DNA from: Chitinophaga pinensis
Lineage (GTDB): Bacteria > Bacteroidota > Bacteroidia > NS11-12g > UBA9320
NCBI GenBank assembly: GCA_945897885.1
Contig: CAMDGU010000008.1
Span: forward strand, 817 to 64,816
Length of the DNA: 64,000 bases
Direction: 5' to 3'
Part shown: positions 50,496 through 61,371 of the stretch, in pieces
Layout of the letters: each line of letters starts with the position of its first letter
Numbering within the stretch: position 1 is the stretch's first letter
Made by a program: the position numbers and the translations under genes
Notes under the pieces: model-generated
The model's database searches: none
Told to the model about the DNA's origin: nothing
What the model saw: only the letters and a program-made list of their open reading frames with translations

Positions 50496-50521
50496 GCAAC
50501 CTGTCTCCCAAAAATACCATC
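50496..50521 (+). promoter_or_regulatory. Putative ECF sigma autoregulatory promoter
   Basis: GCAACC-N16-CATC, 36 nt upstream of the ECF gene. Confidence 0.5.
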
Positions 50522-50557
50522 CATAGTGAGTGGCTTAAAGATTTTGAATGATTAATT

Positions 50558-51097
50558 ATGTCGCAACCCGAAGAAAGGAATATACTGCTGATAAAGGGTT
50601 GCTTGGCACAAAATCCAAAGTCACAAAAAGCGTTATTTGACACATTTGCCCCCACCATGTATGCAATATGTTATAGGTATGCAAAAAATTCGGATCAGGC
50701 CAAAGACTTACTTCAGGAAGGATTTATTAAGGTTTACACAAAGCTTGGTGAATTTAAATTTGAAGGCTCGTTTGAAGGTTGGTTAAAACGGATTTTTATA
50801 AACCATGCTTTAGAATATATCCGTAAAGAAATAAGGCAACCTGATATGGTAAACGTAGAAGATTCTCATGAGCTTTCTTCCACTACCATTCAGTTTCATG
50901 AATTAGATACCCAAAAAATAATGGCTCAAATTCAGAAACTGCCAACGGGTTATCGCACGGTTATTAACCTTTTTATAATTGAAGGCTATAGCCACAAAGA
51001 AATTGCCGAAATGCTTGGAATATCTGAAAGTACCTCAAAAACACAATTGCACAAGGGAAGGCACATGTTACAAAAAATGCTTAACAACAATTTTTAA
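50558..51097 (+). CDS. ECF RNA polymerase sigma factor
   Basis: DLLQEGFIKV, SFEGWLKRI, LPTGYRTV..L..IEGYSHKEIAEMLGISESTSKTQL. Confidence 0.95.
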   Translation: MSQPEERNILLIKGCLAQNPKSQKALFDTFAPTMYAICYRYAKNSDQAKDLLQEGFIKVYTKLGEFKFEGSFEGWLKRIFINHALEYIRKEIRQPDMVNVEDSHELSSTTIQFHELDTQKIMAQIQKLPTGYRTVINLFIIEGYSHKEIAEMLGISESTSKTQLHKGRHMLQKMLNNNF

Positions 51098-51102
51098 AAC
51101 AA

Positions 51103-51957
51103 ATGGAGAATAATCAACACATAAACACCTTTGATGCGATGCTAAAACAATCGCTTGAAGGTTCTCAAATGCCTGTTCCTGCAGGGGTTTGGGAAGCGGT
51201 GGGTTCATCCATTGGTACCAAAGCAATAGTAGCTACCAAGATTGCCGGCTTAAAACTATTAATATTAAAAACATTAGCCGGAATAGTTTTGGCGGGAGGA
51301 GCAGGTTTTGGAATTTATGAATTGGTAAAAACAAATACGAACGAAACGGTTAAAATTGATCAGCCTATAATTGTGAATCAATCCTCACCTCTAGAAATGG
51401 CAATAGATACAGTTTTTCCTGCGCAAATCAGTGAATCAGATAATACGGTTACCCGAAAATTTGTATTAAATGAAGATTCGATGATTACATATTCAAAAAC
51501 CGAAACTTCAGGCGCAAAAGAATCAGAAAATTCAAATTTTGATAACAATGTGCCAAAAGCTACTGAAGTAGCGGTTCCAAAACCATTAATTGAAACTAAA
51601 GCGCCTGAAAAGCAAGTGGAACCAAATAAAGTTGCGGAACCAACCAAAGAAGCACCAAAGACTGAGCCAATTGTAACTCCTGCATTTCCAGAACCACCAA
51701 ATGTTTTTACACCGGATGGCGATGGCATCAATGATTGTTTTAAAATTGAAGTTGAGAATGAAAAAATGTTCTTCCTTCAAATTTTTAGTTCGGAGGGTAA
51801 AAAAGTTTTTGAAACCACCGATAAAAATAATTGCTGGAATGGAGTAAATATGAACACTGGAGAGCTTTGCAAAAAAGGACTGTATACTTATAAATTACTT
51901 TATGAGTTAAATACAGGATTTAAGAAAAAGGAGAGCCGATGGCTAACTTTATTGTAA
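51103..51957 (+). CDS. Anti-sigma-like membrane protein with T9SS type B (CHU_C) CTD
   Basis: N-terminal FDAMLKQSLE...VP..VWE, one TM, Pro/Glu/Lys-rich linker, PNVFTPDGDGIND. Confidence 0.7.
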   Translation: MENNQHINTFDAMLKQSLEGSQMPVPAGVWEAVGSSIGTKAIVATKIAGLKLLILKTLAGIVLAGGAGFGIYELVKTNTNETVKIDQPIIVNQSSPLEMAIDTVFPAQISESDNTVTRKFVLNEDSMITYSKTETSGAKESENSNFDNNVPKATEVAVPKPLIETKAPEKQVEPNKVAEPTKEAPKTEPIVTPAFPEPPNVFTPDGDGINDCFKIEVENEKMFFLQIFSSEGKKVFETTDKNNCWNGVNMNTGELCKKGLYTYKLLYELNTGFKKKESRWLTLL

Positions 51958-52041
51958 ACAAATATTGAATATTAAATATAAAATCGTAAAATAGCGGGCT
52001 ATTAAAAAAAAAGCCCTTTTAAAAATACTAAAACAAAGGAC

Positions 52042-55000
52042 ATGAGAAAAAACACAACCATCTCTACATTGCTAAAAGCCGTATTGTTGCTCCTGTTATT
52101 TACAGCAGCCAAAATAGGCTTGGCCCAACCCTGTGATCCCAAATGGAACCGAGTAAAAAGTGCCAATTGCGAAAACTCACCGATTCAATTTGAAGCCAAT
52201 TCGCCAGGAAGAACCACCTATGAGTGGGATTTTGGTGATGGATTTACTGCAGGTCCCGGTACTACGGCAGCCTTGCGTGATCCGGTGCACGCTTATACCA
52301 AAGCGGGCTTATACACCGTAACCTTTAAAGGTTCAGGAGGAGCCGGCCCTTGCACTGATACTGTAATGGTATTAATAAAGGAAAGCCCTGTAGTAAGGGT
52401 TAGGGCGCTTTATAATAAATCGCAATGCTTTTTGGGCAATAAATTTTGTTTTATAGATAGTTCAAAAGCTGCTACACGACCAGTACAAAGTAAAATATTG
52501 TCGGTTCGTTATTTATTTAGCGATGGAGCTTTGTATACCATCAACGACCCTAAAGGTGGCGATACTATATGTCACTCAGTAATTGACCCAAATGGTGGTT
52601 ATTTTGATTTAACCATAGAAGTAGAAGATTATAACGGGTGTATTACTAAAATAAAATATGATAAATTTATTCAGGTTTTCCCAAAGTTAGGTGTAAAATT
52701 TAAATCAAGTGGCCCTAATGCTTGTATTCGGTCTACTGCTACCATTACTAACACAACAGATACCTTTACTAAATTAAAGGATATCGCTTATTTTAAGTGG
52801 GATTTTGGAAATCCGGGTTCAAAAAATAATATAATAACAGGTGATTCGGTTACTAATACGGATTGGTGGCGTGGCCCTACCGGAAACGGAGTAATGAAAC
52901 ACACCTATGATGTATCTGGTAAAAAAAGTGGAACCTATGTATTTAATGGTAAACTAACGGTAACTACAAAATATGGTTGTACCGAAACATTCACGTTTAA
53001 TAGTTCAGCTACTATATCTATCTTAAGCCCAAGAATTGTGGCGGATCCTGATTCATCGTGTGTAAGTGAATCTGAAACTAAATTTAGTTTGGCGGATGGT
53101 CCAATAGCCGGAGGTAGATTTTTATGGAATTTTGGAGATCCTCCAAGTGGTCCTGCTAATTTTGACGATAAATCCTGGACACCAAGTCATAGTTATGGCT
53201 TAGGGCCATGGATGATTTCGATAAGAATAAGACAAGGTCCTTGTGATACGACGGTTTTTGATACCATTACGAAAATAGGTCCTAGTTCAACAATTGAAGT
53301 TTCTCCTATGATAGATCCTATTACTCCGCGTGTAAAGGAAGATGAAAAATACCAGTGTATAATTCGTGATTCGGTTCATTTTGTTAACCATTCCACATTT
53401 TATCATACCGATCCGTATCCGGTGTTTGAAGACAGTTCGGCAGTAATAAGGTATTTTACCTTATTAAGTGGTAGAAAAGTAGGATATTGGGAAAAACCTA
53501 TTAAAATTGATACAATACAAGAGTATGGTAGTTATAAAGGTAAAACAGCTGTCACTACCCGGTTCTATTTGGATAAAGACACCTTAGAAACCTTTCCACA
53601 AGGTGTAAATGATATTGATAGTATAATATATTTGGTTAATGGTAAGCCGATTAAAAGGCGGGTAAACAATCCTATTATATCAGGAAAAGATACATTGGTA
53701 ATTAAAAAGCAAAAAGAATATGCTTTTAGGTGGCCGGGTGACCAAACAACTATAAACTCTAAATTTCCACCAAAGACTCAGCGTCATAAAGACCATGTGT
53801 TGCGACTTTGGGATTTTGGCGATAATTATGCCCCAAAGTGTACTACCGATACCAAGAAGAATAAAAACGTTGGGTTAAATTGTAATTGGAGCTTGGATAC
53901 CTTGCCCGTGCACTGGTACACGCCATGGGAGCAGATATATAAATTTTATAACAATGGTCAGTTTTATGGAGCTGCCGCTCAAAAAACAGTATTATGTAAA
54001 GGTGGAAGATATTGTTATAAAATTAATTACTATCCTCAGGCATCCTTTGTTATCCTAGCAGATACCTTGGTCATTGTTCCCAAAGATTCAACATTTACCT
54101 ACGGTGGTAAAACAATTACTCCCACAACACCCGAAAAAATGACGGGTTCCTTCCGAATAAAGAAAGTTCCTTCCATATTAAGAGGTCCTGCCACGTATGT
54201 GCCAACCCTAAGTGATGAAAAATGGACATTCTACACAACATCTGTAGTAACAATAAAAAATATTAAATCAGGTAACTACAGCACCCGAAGCGCAGGTACT
54301 TATACGTTAAAAAATATGGCTGACCAGTTTACCTTACTAAAAGGTGATTCAGCAATGACGAAAGCACAGGTATTTATTACCGCAGGAAGAACAATAACCG
54401 CGGCTCCAAGTACCATATGTAGGGATACTATAATAGGCGGAAGAGATACCTTTGTTACCAGAACGGCAACATATATAGATTCTAATTTTCACCGTAAAAA
54501 CTTTTATGAAAACAGTGCCCAATGTAATACTGTAAAATTGTATCATGAAGATACTGTTCATTCCTTGCGTTGTAAAAGTACCGATCAAATTTCTTTAGCC
54601 TTGATACCACCAAATGCCAAAGGCTTAGAATTTAAAGGGATTAAATGCTATGCGCCTCCTAGTCCTCCTTATGGTATGGAGTTTGATGTCGGAAAAACTA
54701 AGCCGGGCTGTACTCAAAGATTGCTTAAGTTTAATTTTGACTCTGCCGGAGGAAAAAATAACTGGGTAACGCATGGTGGATTTTTAGCGCCACCACTACC
54801 AGGTCAACAACCATGGCATCCGGGATATTTGCCTGCCGGAGCTTATCCCACAAAGTTTGTTCAGCCATACACTGCCGGGCAAATTCAAAACAAAAATCCG
54901 GGATGGGTTACCGTTGGTGTTATTATTGGTAATGGAAGAATTAAAAATGGTGTACCTGAATGTATAGATACAGTTTGGTATCACAATGCCTTCCGTTATT

Positions 55001-57561
55001 TATACTTAGATTCTCGATTTGATGTAATTCAACCAGAGCGTGATCAAAAACGTGTATGTGTTGGTGATACGATTACATTTAAACTAATAGATCCTATTAT
55101 GGATAGTGTTACTAGTTTAGTTTGGAACTGGAACGATGAGGAAGGTTCATATTACGAAGAGCGTACTTTTTACTACAAACCTTACAAAGGCCCAAGCCCT
55201 ACGCGAAATGATAAAGTAATTAGAGATTGGAAAAGTACAGATAAATGGTTGTATAGCTATGTTGTAAGACTTGAATACGATGGATTTAGTTATAAAACAT
55301 TAGACACCGTTGTTACAGGTATTATTCGCAAATGGTCAATAGGTGCTGATATATCACGGGCCGGTGATGCTTTGAAAAATGCATTTAAGGCATTGGGATT
55401 AAATATGAGCGAAATTCCTGCTGACGAGGTTGGTTTATATTTTGGTAATGGAACAGGTACCGGATGTATTGATACAACAGGATTAGGTGATTTGATAAGT
55501 TTTGGAGTAACTCCTTACCGTGATGCGTTAACTTTTAAGCGAGGTGATACATGGTATAGATACACTTCATTTGCCAAAACGGACTCCACCATTATTTCGC
55601 AAAAATTGCATTGGCGCGATAGCAGTCAGGCAGGATGGGATACTTTGAAGCAAGCTAAACCTAATAAATTCAGTAATTTAAAAGTTACTCCAGGTGTATA
55701 TCGTCACGTATATAAAAAAGCAAATAGATATTTCCCAACGTTCCAATTGAGAAATACAGAGGGATGCTTTCAACCACGTAACAAGGAGGTAGATGTAGGG
55801 TTCTATTGGAACTGGACATTCTCTGATTCCATTATTTGTCATGGTAATACCGAAATAGTTTTAAAAGATAGTATTCGTTATTTTGCTTATGAGGATCCAT
55901 TTGTATGGCTTAATCCTTATCCATACTGGAAAGATGCTAACCGTTTTATCAAGCAACGTGAGTTTAAGAAAATAGACTTTAATGAGCATGATGATTCAAC
56001 GATTGCCAACAAGTTTAATGTAACAGGATTAGGTGTTCCTCCATTCAGATGGCATTATGATGATCCGGGTATTTACAACATACGAATTGCTATGAAAGAT
56101 AGTTTGGGTTGTGTAGATACAGCGCGTCAAAGAGTTTGGGTAACAGGAGTGGATGCCGGATTTAAAATATTAAACGCCGGTACGTTAAGCTGTAAAAACA
56201 TTATTTCTTTCTTTGATACCAGTATAGTTATAGATCCATGCATTGCTGATAAAGGCAAGCCATGTGATAATATAGTAGAATACACTTGGGATTTTGGAGA
56301 TGGAAAACAAAAAAGTAAGCTACAAAATCCATCACATGATTATACTCAAAATGGATACTTTACTGTGAGATTGAAAGTGAGAACAAAATTGGGTTGCGAG
56401 GATAGTGCCAGTATGGTAGTATTTATAGCAGGTCCACGACCATACTTTAACCCAATAAGTGATACTATTATTTGTGTAGGTGATTCAGTTCAATTTGTAA
56501 ACTTAAGTTTAGATCCATTGTACGATCCTAAATGGGAATGGAATTTTGGTGATGGTAAAGTTGGATCAAGCACAAAACGTGATACTGTAGGACACCGATA
56601 TAATGCTCCAGGAACTTACGAAGTTTATTTAACACAGTTTGATAATATTAATGGTACCAGTCAGCGTTGTTCAGCTATTTATCCGGATACAAGTTCAGAA
56701 GTGGTGATTAAGATAAAACGACTCGTGAGGGTGAAACCCGTGGCACCTGCCGACTTTGATATAGCACCTAATGACACTATTTGTCCGAATACGATGGTCA
56801 ATTTCAGGTCTCAATCGGATACCATTTATACCCGATTTACTTGGAGATTTGGTACCGGAGATACCGTAAATACGATTGAAAAGTCTACAGATTATAACTA
56901 TGGTAAAGTTGGTAAATACAAAGTAATCATGATACCTGATTATGATACTCCTGAATTCCATAAGTGTTTGGATACTGTTAAAAAGGAAATTGTAGTGCTC
57001 GATGTAAAAGCTGATTTTACCATTGATGAATCCAAATCTCCTGTTTTCTGTTTCACAAATACATCCGTGGGAGCTAAAACCTACGAGTGGATTATGGATG
57101 GTGCAGGTGAGTTTATGGATGGTACGTCATCAACCGATGAAAACCCATGTTACAAATGGCAGGATACCGGTTGTCATGTGGTGCAATTAGTTGCAACTAA
57201 TGAAATTGGCTGTACTGATACTACGGAACAAGTTGTTTGTTCAACCTTTGTAGCTATATTTATTCCTTACAACGTGTTTACTCCAGAACCTAAAGACGGA
57301 TTTAATGATGTGTTTAGAGTTAGAGCGCAAGGTCTTGTTAAATTTGATATAATTATTTATAACCGTTGGGGTGAAGTTGTATTTGAAAGCAAGGATGACA
57401 AATTCCAGTGGAATGGTAAAGTGAAAAATACAGGGGCAGAATGTCCTGAAGGAACATACTTCTACCTCATAAATTACCAAATACAGGATGAAAAATTAAA
57501 TGATGGAAAAAATGGCGGTAAGCCGGTAAGTGGAACCGTTACCCTAATAAGAGGTAAATAA
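52042..57561 (+). CDS. Large PKD-repeat surface protein with T9SS type B CTD
   Basis: Signal peptide, many WDFGD PKD motifs, PYNVFTP..DGFND...IYNRWGE...GTVTLIR. Confidence 0.9.
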   Translation: MRKNTTISTLLKAVLLLLLFTAAKIGLAQPCDPKWNRVKSANCENSPIQFEANSPGRTTYEWDFGDGFTAGPGTTAALRDPVHAYTKAGLYTVTFKGSGGAGPCTDTVMVLIKESPVVRVRALYNKSQCFLGNKFCFIDSSKAATRPVQSKILSVRYLFSDGALYTINDPKGGDTICHSVIDPNGGYFDLTIEVEDYNGCITKIKYDKFIQVFPKLGVKFKSSGPNACIRSTATITNTTDTFTKLKDIAYFKWDFGNPGSKNNIITGDSVTNTDWWRGPTGNGVMKHTYDVSGKKSGTYVFNGKLTVTTKYGCTETFTFNSSATISILSPRIVADPDSSCVSESETKFSLADGPIAGGRFLWNFGDPPSGPANFDDKSWTPSHSYGLGPWMISIRIRQGPCDTTVFDTITKIGPSSTIEVSPMIDPITPRVKEDEKYQCIIRDSVHFVNHSTFYHTDPYPVFEDSSAVIRYFTLLSGRKVGYWEKPIKIDTIQEYGSYKGKTAVTTRFYLDKDTLETFPQGVNDIDSIIYLVNGKPIKRRVNNPIISGKDTLVIKKQKEYAFRWPGDQTTINSKFPPKTQRHKDHVLRLWDFGDNYAPKCTTDTKKNKNVGLNCNWSLDTLPVHWYTPWEQIYKFYNNGQFYGAAAQKTVLCKGGRYCYKINYYPQASFVILADTLVIVPKDSTFTYGGKTITPTTPEKMTGSFRIKKVPSILRGPATYVPTLSDEKWTFYTTSVVTIKNIKSGNYSTRSAGTYTLKNMADQFTLLKGDSAMTKAQVFITAGRTITAAPSTICRDTIIGGRDTFVTRTATYIDSNFHRKNFYENSAQCNTVKLYHEDTVHSLRCKSTDQISLALIPPNAKGLEFKGIKCYAPPSPPYGMEFDVGKTKPGCTQRLLKFNFDSAGGKNNWVTHGGFLAPPLPGQQPWHPGYLPAGAYPTKFVQPYTAGQIQNKNPGWVTVGVIIGNGRIKNGVPECIDTVWYHNAFRYLYLDSRFDVIQPERDQKRVCVGDTITFKLIDPIMDSVTSLVWNWNDEEGSYYEERTFYYKPYKGPSPTRNDKVIRDWKSTDKWLYSYVVRLEYDGFSYKTLDTVVTGIIRKWSIGADISRAGDALKNAFKALGLNMSEIPADEVGLYFGNGTGTGCIDTTGLGDLISFGVTPYRDALTFKRGDTWYRYTSFAKTDSTIISQKLHWRDSSQAGWDTLKQAKPNKFSNLKVTPGVYRHVYKKANRYFPTFQLRNTEGCFQPRNKEVDVGFYWNWTFSDSIICHGNTEIVLKDSIRYFAYEDPFVWLNPYPYWKDANRFIKQREFKKIDFNEHDDSTIANKFNVTGLGVPPFRWHYDDPGIYNIRIAMKDSLGCVDTARQRVWVTGVDAGFKILNAGTLSCKNIISFFDTSIVIDPCIADKGKPCDNIVEYTWDFGDGKQKSKLQNPSHDYTQNGYFTVRLKVRTKLGCEDSASMVVFIAGPRPYFNPISDTIICVGDSVQFVNLSLDPLYDPKWEWNFGDGKVGSSTKRDTVGHRYNAPGTYEVYLTQFDNINGTSQRCSAIYPDTSSEVVIKIKRLVRVKPVAPADFDIAPNDTICPNTMVNFRSQSDTIYTRFTWRFGTGDTVNTIEKSTDYNYGKVGKYKVIMIPDYDTPEFHKCLDTVKKEIVVLDVKADFTIDESKSPVFCFTNTSVGAKTYEWIMDGAGEFMDGTSSTDENPCYKWQDTGCHVVQLVATNEIGCTDTTEQVVCSTFVAIFIPYNVFTPEPKDGFNDVFRVRAQGLVKFDIIIYNRWGEVVFESKDDKFQWNGKVKNTGAECPEGTYFYLINYQIQDEKLNDGKNGGKPVSGTVTLIRGK

Positions 57562-57577
57562 TATTCATCTTTATCTA

Positions 57578-57622
57578 AAAATAAAAAGACCCGTTGACAA
57601 AATCAACGGGTCTTTTTATTTT
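57578..57622. terminator. Rho-independent terminator (bidirectional-type)
   Basis: AAAATAAAAAGACCCGTTGA-CAAAA-TCAACGGGTCTTTTTATTTT. Confidence 0.9.
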
Positions 57623-57753
57623 GTACTTGAAAAAGTTGCATCCTATGGTATTTTGTCGTTGGTTTGCCTATGAATTAAAGCATGCATCTTTAATTTATTT
57701 TACGACCAAAACATAGTAACCTTAAGATTTCCTTTTTACTAAATAAAAATAAA

Positions 57754-58749
57754 ATGAAAGCTTTAATACCAGTAGCTGGGATTGGAACCAGGCTCAGGCC
57801 TCATACCCATACTCAACCCAAATCATTAATACCTGTAGCAGGTAAGCCAATTTTGGCTCATATTGTTGATAGCCTAATTGCGGTAGGTATTAATGAATTT
57901 GTTTTTATAATAGGTTACTTAGGTGATAAGATAGAACAATATATTTCTACCAATTACCCCAATATCCATTCCTTTTTTGTAGTTCAAACCGATGGAAAAG
58001 GAACAGGACATGCTATTTGGCTGGCACACGATTTACTGAAAGATAATGAACCTGTTTTCATTGTTTTTGGTGATACTATAGTGCAGGCTGATCTTAATGC
58101 TATAGCATCTTCAGAAGTGTCACTTTTGGGGGTAAAGAGGGTAGATGACCCAAGAGAATTTGGAGTGGCTGAGATTGATGAAACCGGATTAATAACCAAA
58201 TTGGTTGAAAAACCAACAATTCCAAAATCCAATCAAGCATTGGTTGGTATATATAAAATTTGTGAAACCAAGCAATTAAAACATGCTTTAAACTATAACA
58301 TTGAACATAGTATTGTTACCCGAGGAGAGTATCAACTTACCGATGCATTAATGCGAATGATAGATAATGGTATAAAAATGCATGCCTTTAATGTTGATGG
58401 TTGGTTTGATTGCGGTAAAAAGGATATTTTATTAGAAACCAACGCTATCCTTTTGAAAGGAGATGATTATATTAGAGCACATTCAAAAGATTTTGAAAAT
58501 ACCATCATTATTGATCCGGTATATATAGGAAAAGGTTCAAAAATTTCCAATTCTATTATAGGACCTAATGTATCCATAGGCGATTCTGTTATCGTTGATT
58601 ATTCCATCATACGAAACTCAATTATAGGACCTCACTCTCATTTGGAAAATGCCAACTTAAATAGCAGCATCATTGGTAATGATGCCAGCTTAAAGGGAAT
58701 TTCTTTAAGCTTGAATTTGGGCGATAGTACAGAAATTAATATAGGATAA
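57754..58749 (+). CDS. Sugar-phosphate nucleotidyltransferase (glucose-1-phosphate thymidylyltransferase, long form)
   Basis: IPVAGIGTRLRPHT...PK, VEKP, GEYQLTD; C-terminal hexapeptide repeats. Confidence 0.9.
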   Translation: MKALIPVAGIGTRLRPHTHTQPKSLIPVAGKPILAHIVDSLIAVGINEFVFIIGYLGDKIEQYISTNYPNIHSFFVVQTDGKGTGHAIWLAHDLLKDNEPVFIVFGDTIVQADLNAIASSEVSLLGVKRVDDPREFGVAEIDETGLITKLVEKPTIPKSNQALVGIYKICETKQLKHALNYNIEHSIVTRGEYQLTDALMRMIDNGIKMHAFNVDGWFDCGKKDILLETNAILLKGDDYIRAHSKDFENTIIIDPVYIGKGSKISNSIIGPNVSIGDSVIVDYSIIRNSIIGPHSHLENANLNSSIIGNDASLKGISLSLNLGDSTEINIG

Positions 58750-61164
58750 TTACATCCAGGAAGGATATTTTTCAGGATTGTAATTATGCATTAGGTCATA
58801 AATACGGTTAAATACCTCATCTACGTTTGGTTTTGAAAAGTAATCCCCGTCAGTTCCATAAGCCGGGCGGTGTTCTTTTGACGCAATTGAAATCGGTTCG
58901 GTATCTAAATATTTATAAGCTTCCTGATTTTCTATTATTTGTTGCATCATATAAGATGTTGCTCCGCTTGGTACATCTTCATCCAAAAACACAACTTTGT
59001 TTGTTTTCTTAACGGATTCAACAATCATATGGTTAGTATCAAATGGTAAAAGCGTTTGCACATCAATTAATTCAACAGATATTCCCATTTTTTCAAGCTC
59101 ATTACAAGCATCTTCTGCTATTCGGCAGCTACTACCATAGGTAACCAAAGTTAAATCGCTGCCTTCTCTTAATATTTCAGGAACCCCAAGTGGCAATGTA
59201 AATTCACCTATGTTATCGGGTAGTATTTCTTTAAGTCTATATCCGTTTAAGCACTCAATTACCAAGGCAGGTTCATCACTTTTTAATAATGTATTATAAA
59301 AACCTGAAGCTTGAGTCATATTACGAGGCACTAAAACATGCATTCCTCTAACCGCATTTATTATCATGCCCATTGGTGAGCCACTATGCCATACCCCCTC
59401 CAGTCTATGGCCACGTGTTCTGATAATTACAGGTGCCTTTTGACCTCCCATGGTTCTATATTGCAGCGTTGCAATGTCATCACTCATTATTTGAATCGCA
59501 TATAAAAGATAGTCCAAATATTGAATTTCGGCTATTGGCCTAAGGCCACGCATAGCTAATCCTATTGCTTGACCAATAATACTTAATTCGCGAATGCCGG
59601 TATCTGTAACTCTTAGTTCGCCATATTTTTCCTGCATACCGGCAAATCCTTGGTTTACATCACCAATTTTGCCAACATCTTCACCAAATGCTACAATTCT
59701 ATTGTCGTTATTAAAAGCGGCATCAAAACAAGCTTGAACAATTTCTCTCCCATCCAATGTTTTGGAAGAATCACTATATACAGGTTTTATTTCTGAAATT
59801 TTTAACGCTGATAAGTTGCTTTCGCTATAAACATTAGAATTATAACGGTGTTTGTTTTCCTCGCTAAAAACGTTGTATAAATTAATAAGCTCTGTTCTTT
59901 GGTTATTTTTTTCACTAATGGTAGCACGAAGAGCTGTATTGATAGCATTAAATATATCCTTACGATTTAGCTCTCCCATATTTTTAAGGCTATTCGCTAA
60001 TTCTTCTATTTCCGAGGATTTTAAGGAACCTGTAGCAAGATTTTGCAAAGCATTTACTGATTTATCCCTGTCTTCAATTATGGGTTTTAAGTAGGCATTC
60101 CATGCTGCTTTTTGTTCGGCCTTTGCAAATATTTGTGCTTCCTTTTCAATAGTTTCAATTTCTTCTTTGGTGGCAATACCAGTTTCAATAATCCACTTTT
60201 GCATTTGCGCTATGCAATCATATTCAGCCTCCCAATTCAAGCGTTCTTTTGATTTGTAGCGTTCATGAGAACCCGAGGTTGAGTGGCCCTGGGGTTGGGT
60301 CATTTCAATAACATGAATAATAACCGGAGTATGAAACTCACGACAAAGTTTTGTGGCTTTTTGGTAGGTTTTTATCAAGGCAGGATAATCCCAGCCTTTT
60401 ACTGTGAATAATTCATAACCTTTTCCATGCTCATCGGTTTTAAAACCACTTAAAATGGAACTTAAATTTTCTTTGGTGGTTTGGTATTTGGCATGAACAG
60501 AAATGCCATACTCATCGTCCCAAATACTTAGCAACATGGGTACTTGCAGCACACCACCGGCATTTATCACTTCCCAAAAACCACCTTCACTTGTGCTGGC
60601 ATTGCCTATGGTACCAAAAGCAATCTCATTTCCATTTACCGAAAAATCGGTGTAACTATTCAATTCTTTATTTTCACGATACAGTTTTGAAGCATAAGCC
60701 AAGCCTAGCAAACGCGGCATTTGGCCGGCTGTTGGAGATATATCTGCTGAAGAATTGAACGAGTTGGTTTGTGATTTCCAGCTACCATCCTCATTTAGTA
60801 ACCTGGTTCCAAAATGACCATTCATACTACGACCTGCTGAACAAGGTTCGCGATTTACGTCTGGGTCGGCATATAGCTGAGCAAAAAATTCACGAATATT
60901 ACTCATGCCTTTGGCAAACATAAATGTTTGGTCGCGGTAGTAACCTGAGCGAAAATCTCCTGTATTAAAAAATTTTGCCATGGCCAATTGAGCCACTTCT
61001 TTACCATCACCAAATATTCCAAATTTGGCTTTACCGGTAAGAACTTCTTTGCGACCAACAAGACTTGCTTGCCTGCTTTCGTAGGCAATTCGGTAGTCTA
61101 TTAGTACTTCGGTTTTAAATTCTTCAAGGGTCATAGCGGCTTTTTCTGTAGCAGATTCACTCAT
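58750..61164 (-). CDS. Fused 2-oxoisovalerate dehydrogenase E1 alpha/beta
   Basis: GKAKFGIFGDGKE, SGYYRD, GHSTSGSH, FGEDVG, DTGIRE, AEIQYLDY. Confidence 0.92.
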   Translation of the reverse strand: MSESATEKAAMTLEEFKTEVLIDYRIAYESRQASLVGRKEVLTGKAKFGIFGDGKEVAQLAMAKFFNTGDFRSGYYRDQTFMFAKGMSNIREFFAQLYADPDVNREPCSAGRSMNGHFGTRLLNEDGSWKSQTNSFNSSADISPTAGQMPRLLGLAYASKLYRENKELNSYTDFSVNGNEIAFGTIGNASTSEGGFWEVINAGGVLQVPMLLSIWDDEYGISVHAKYQTTKENLSSILSGFKTDEHGKGYELFTVKGWDYPALIKTYQKATKLCREFHTPVIIHVIEMTQPQGHSTSGSHERYKSKERLNWEAEYDCIAQMQKWIIETGIATKEEIETIEKEAQIFAKAEQKAAWNAYLKPIIEDRDKSVNALQNLATGSLKSSEIEELANSLKNMGELNRKDIFNAINTALRATISEKNNQRTELINLYNVFSEENKHRYNSNVYSESNLSALKISEIKPVYSDSSKTLDGREIVQACFDAAFNNDNRIVAFGEDVGKIGDVNQGFAGMQEKYGELRVTDTGIRELSIIGQAIGLAMRGLRPIAEIQYLDYLLYAIQIMSDDIATLQYRTMGGQKAPVIIRTRGHRLEGVWHSGSPMGMIINAVRGMHVLVPRNMTQASGFYNTLLKSDEPALVIECLNGYRLKEILPDNIGEFTLPLGVPEILREGSDLTLVTYGSSCRIAEDACNELEKMGISVELIDVQTLLPFDTNHMIVESVKKTNKVVFLDEDVPSGATSYMMQQIIENQEAYKYLDTEPISIASKEHRPAYGTDGDYFSKPNVDEVFNRIYDLMHNYNPEKYPSWM

Positions 61165-61371
61165 TACAAGGGCAAAGATAATTTTATTTTAGATTATAGA
61201 AATGCTAAGCATTCGCTAATGCCTTTATTTAAAAAAAATATAAATGGATTAGCATTTACTATTCTAGATTAATGGTTTAAAAGCACTATAACTCAATGCT
61301 CAAATAACTACTTTTGAATTATCAAATTTTTTAGTTCCATTTTAAAGTTTAGTAATATTTTCAGCATTAAT

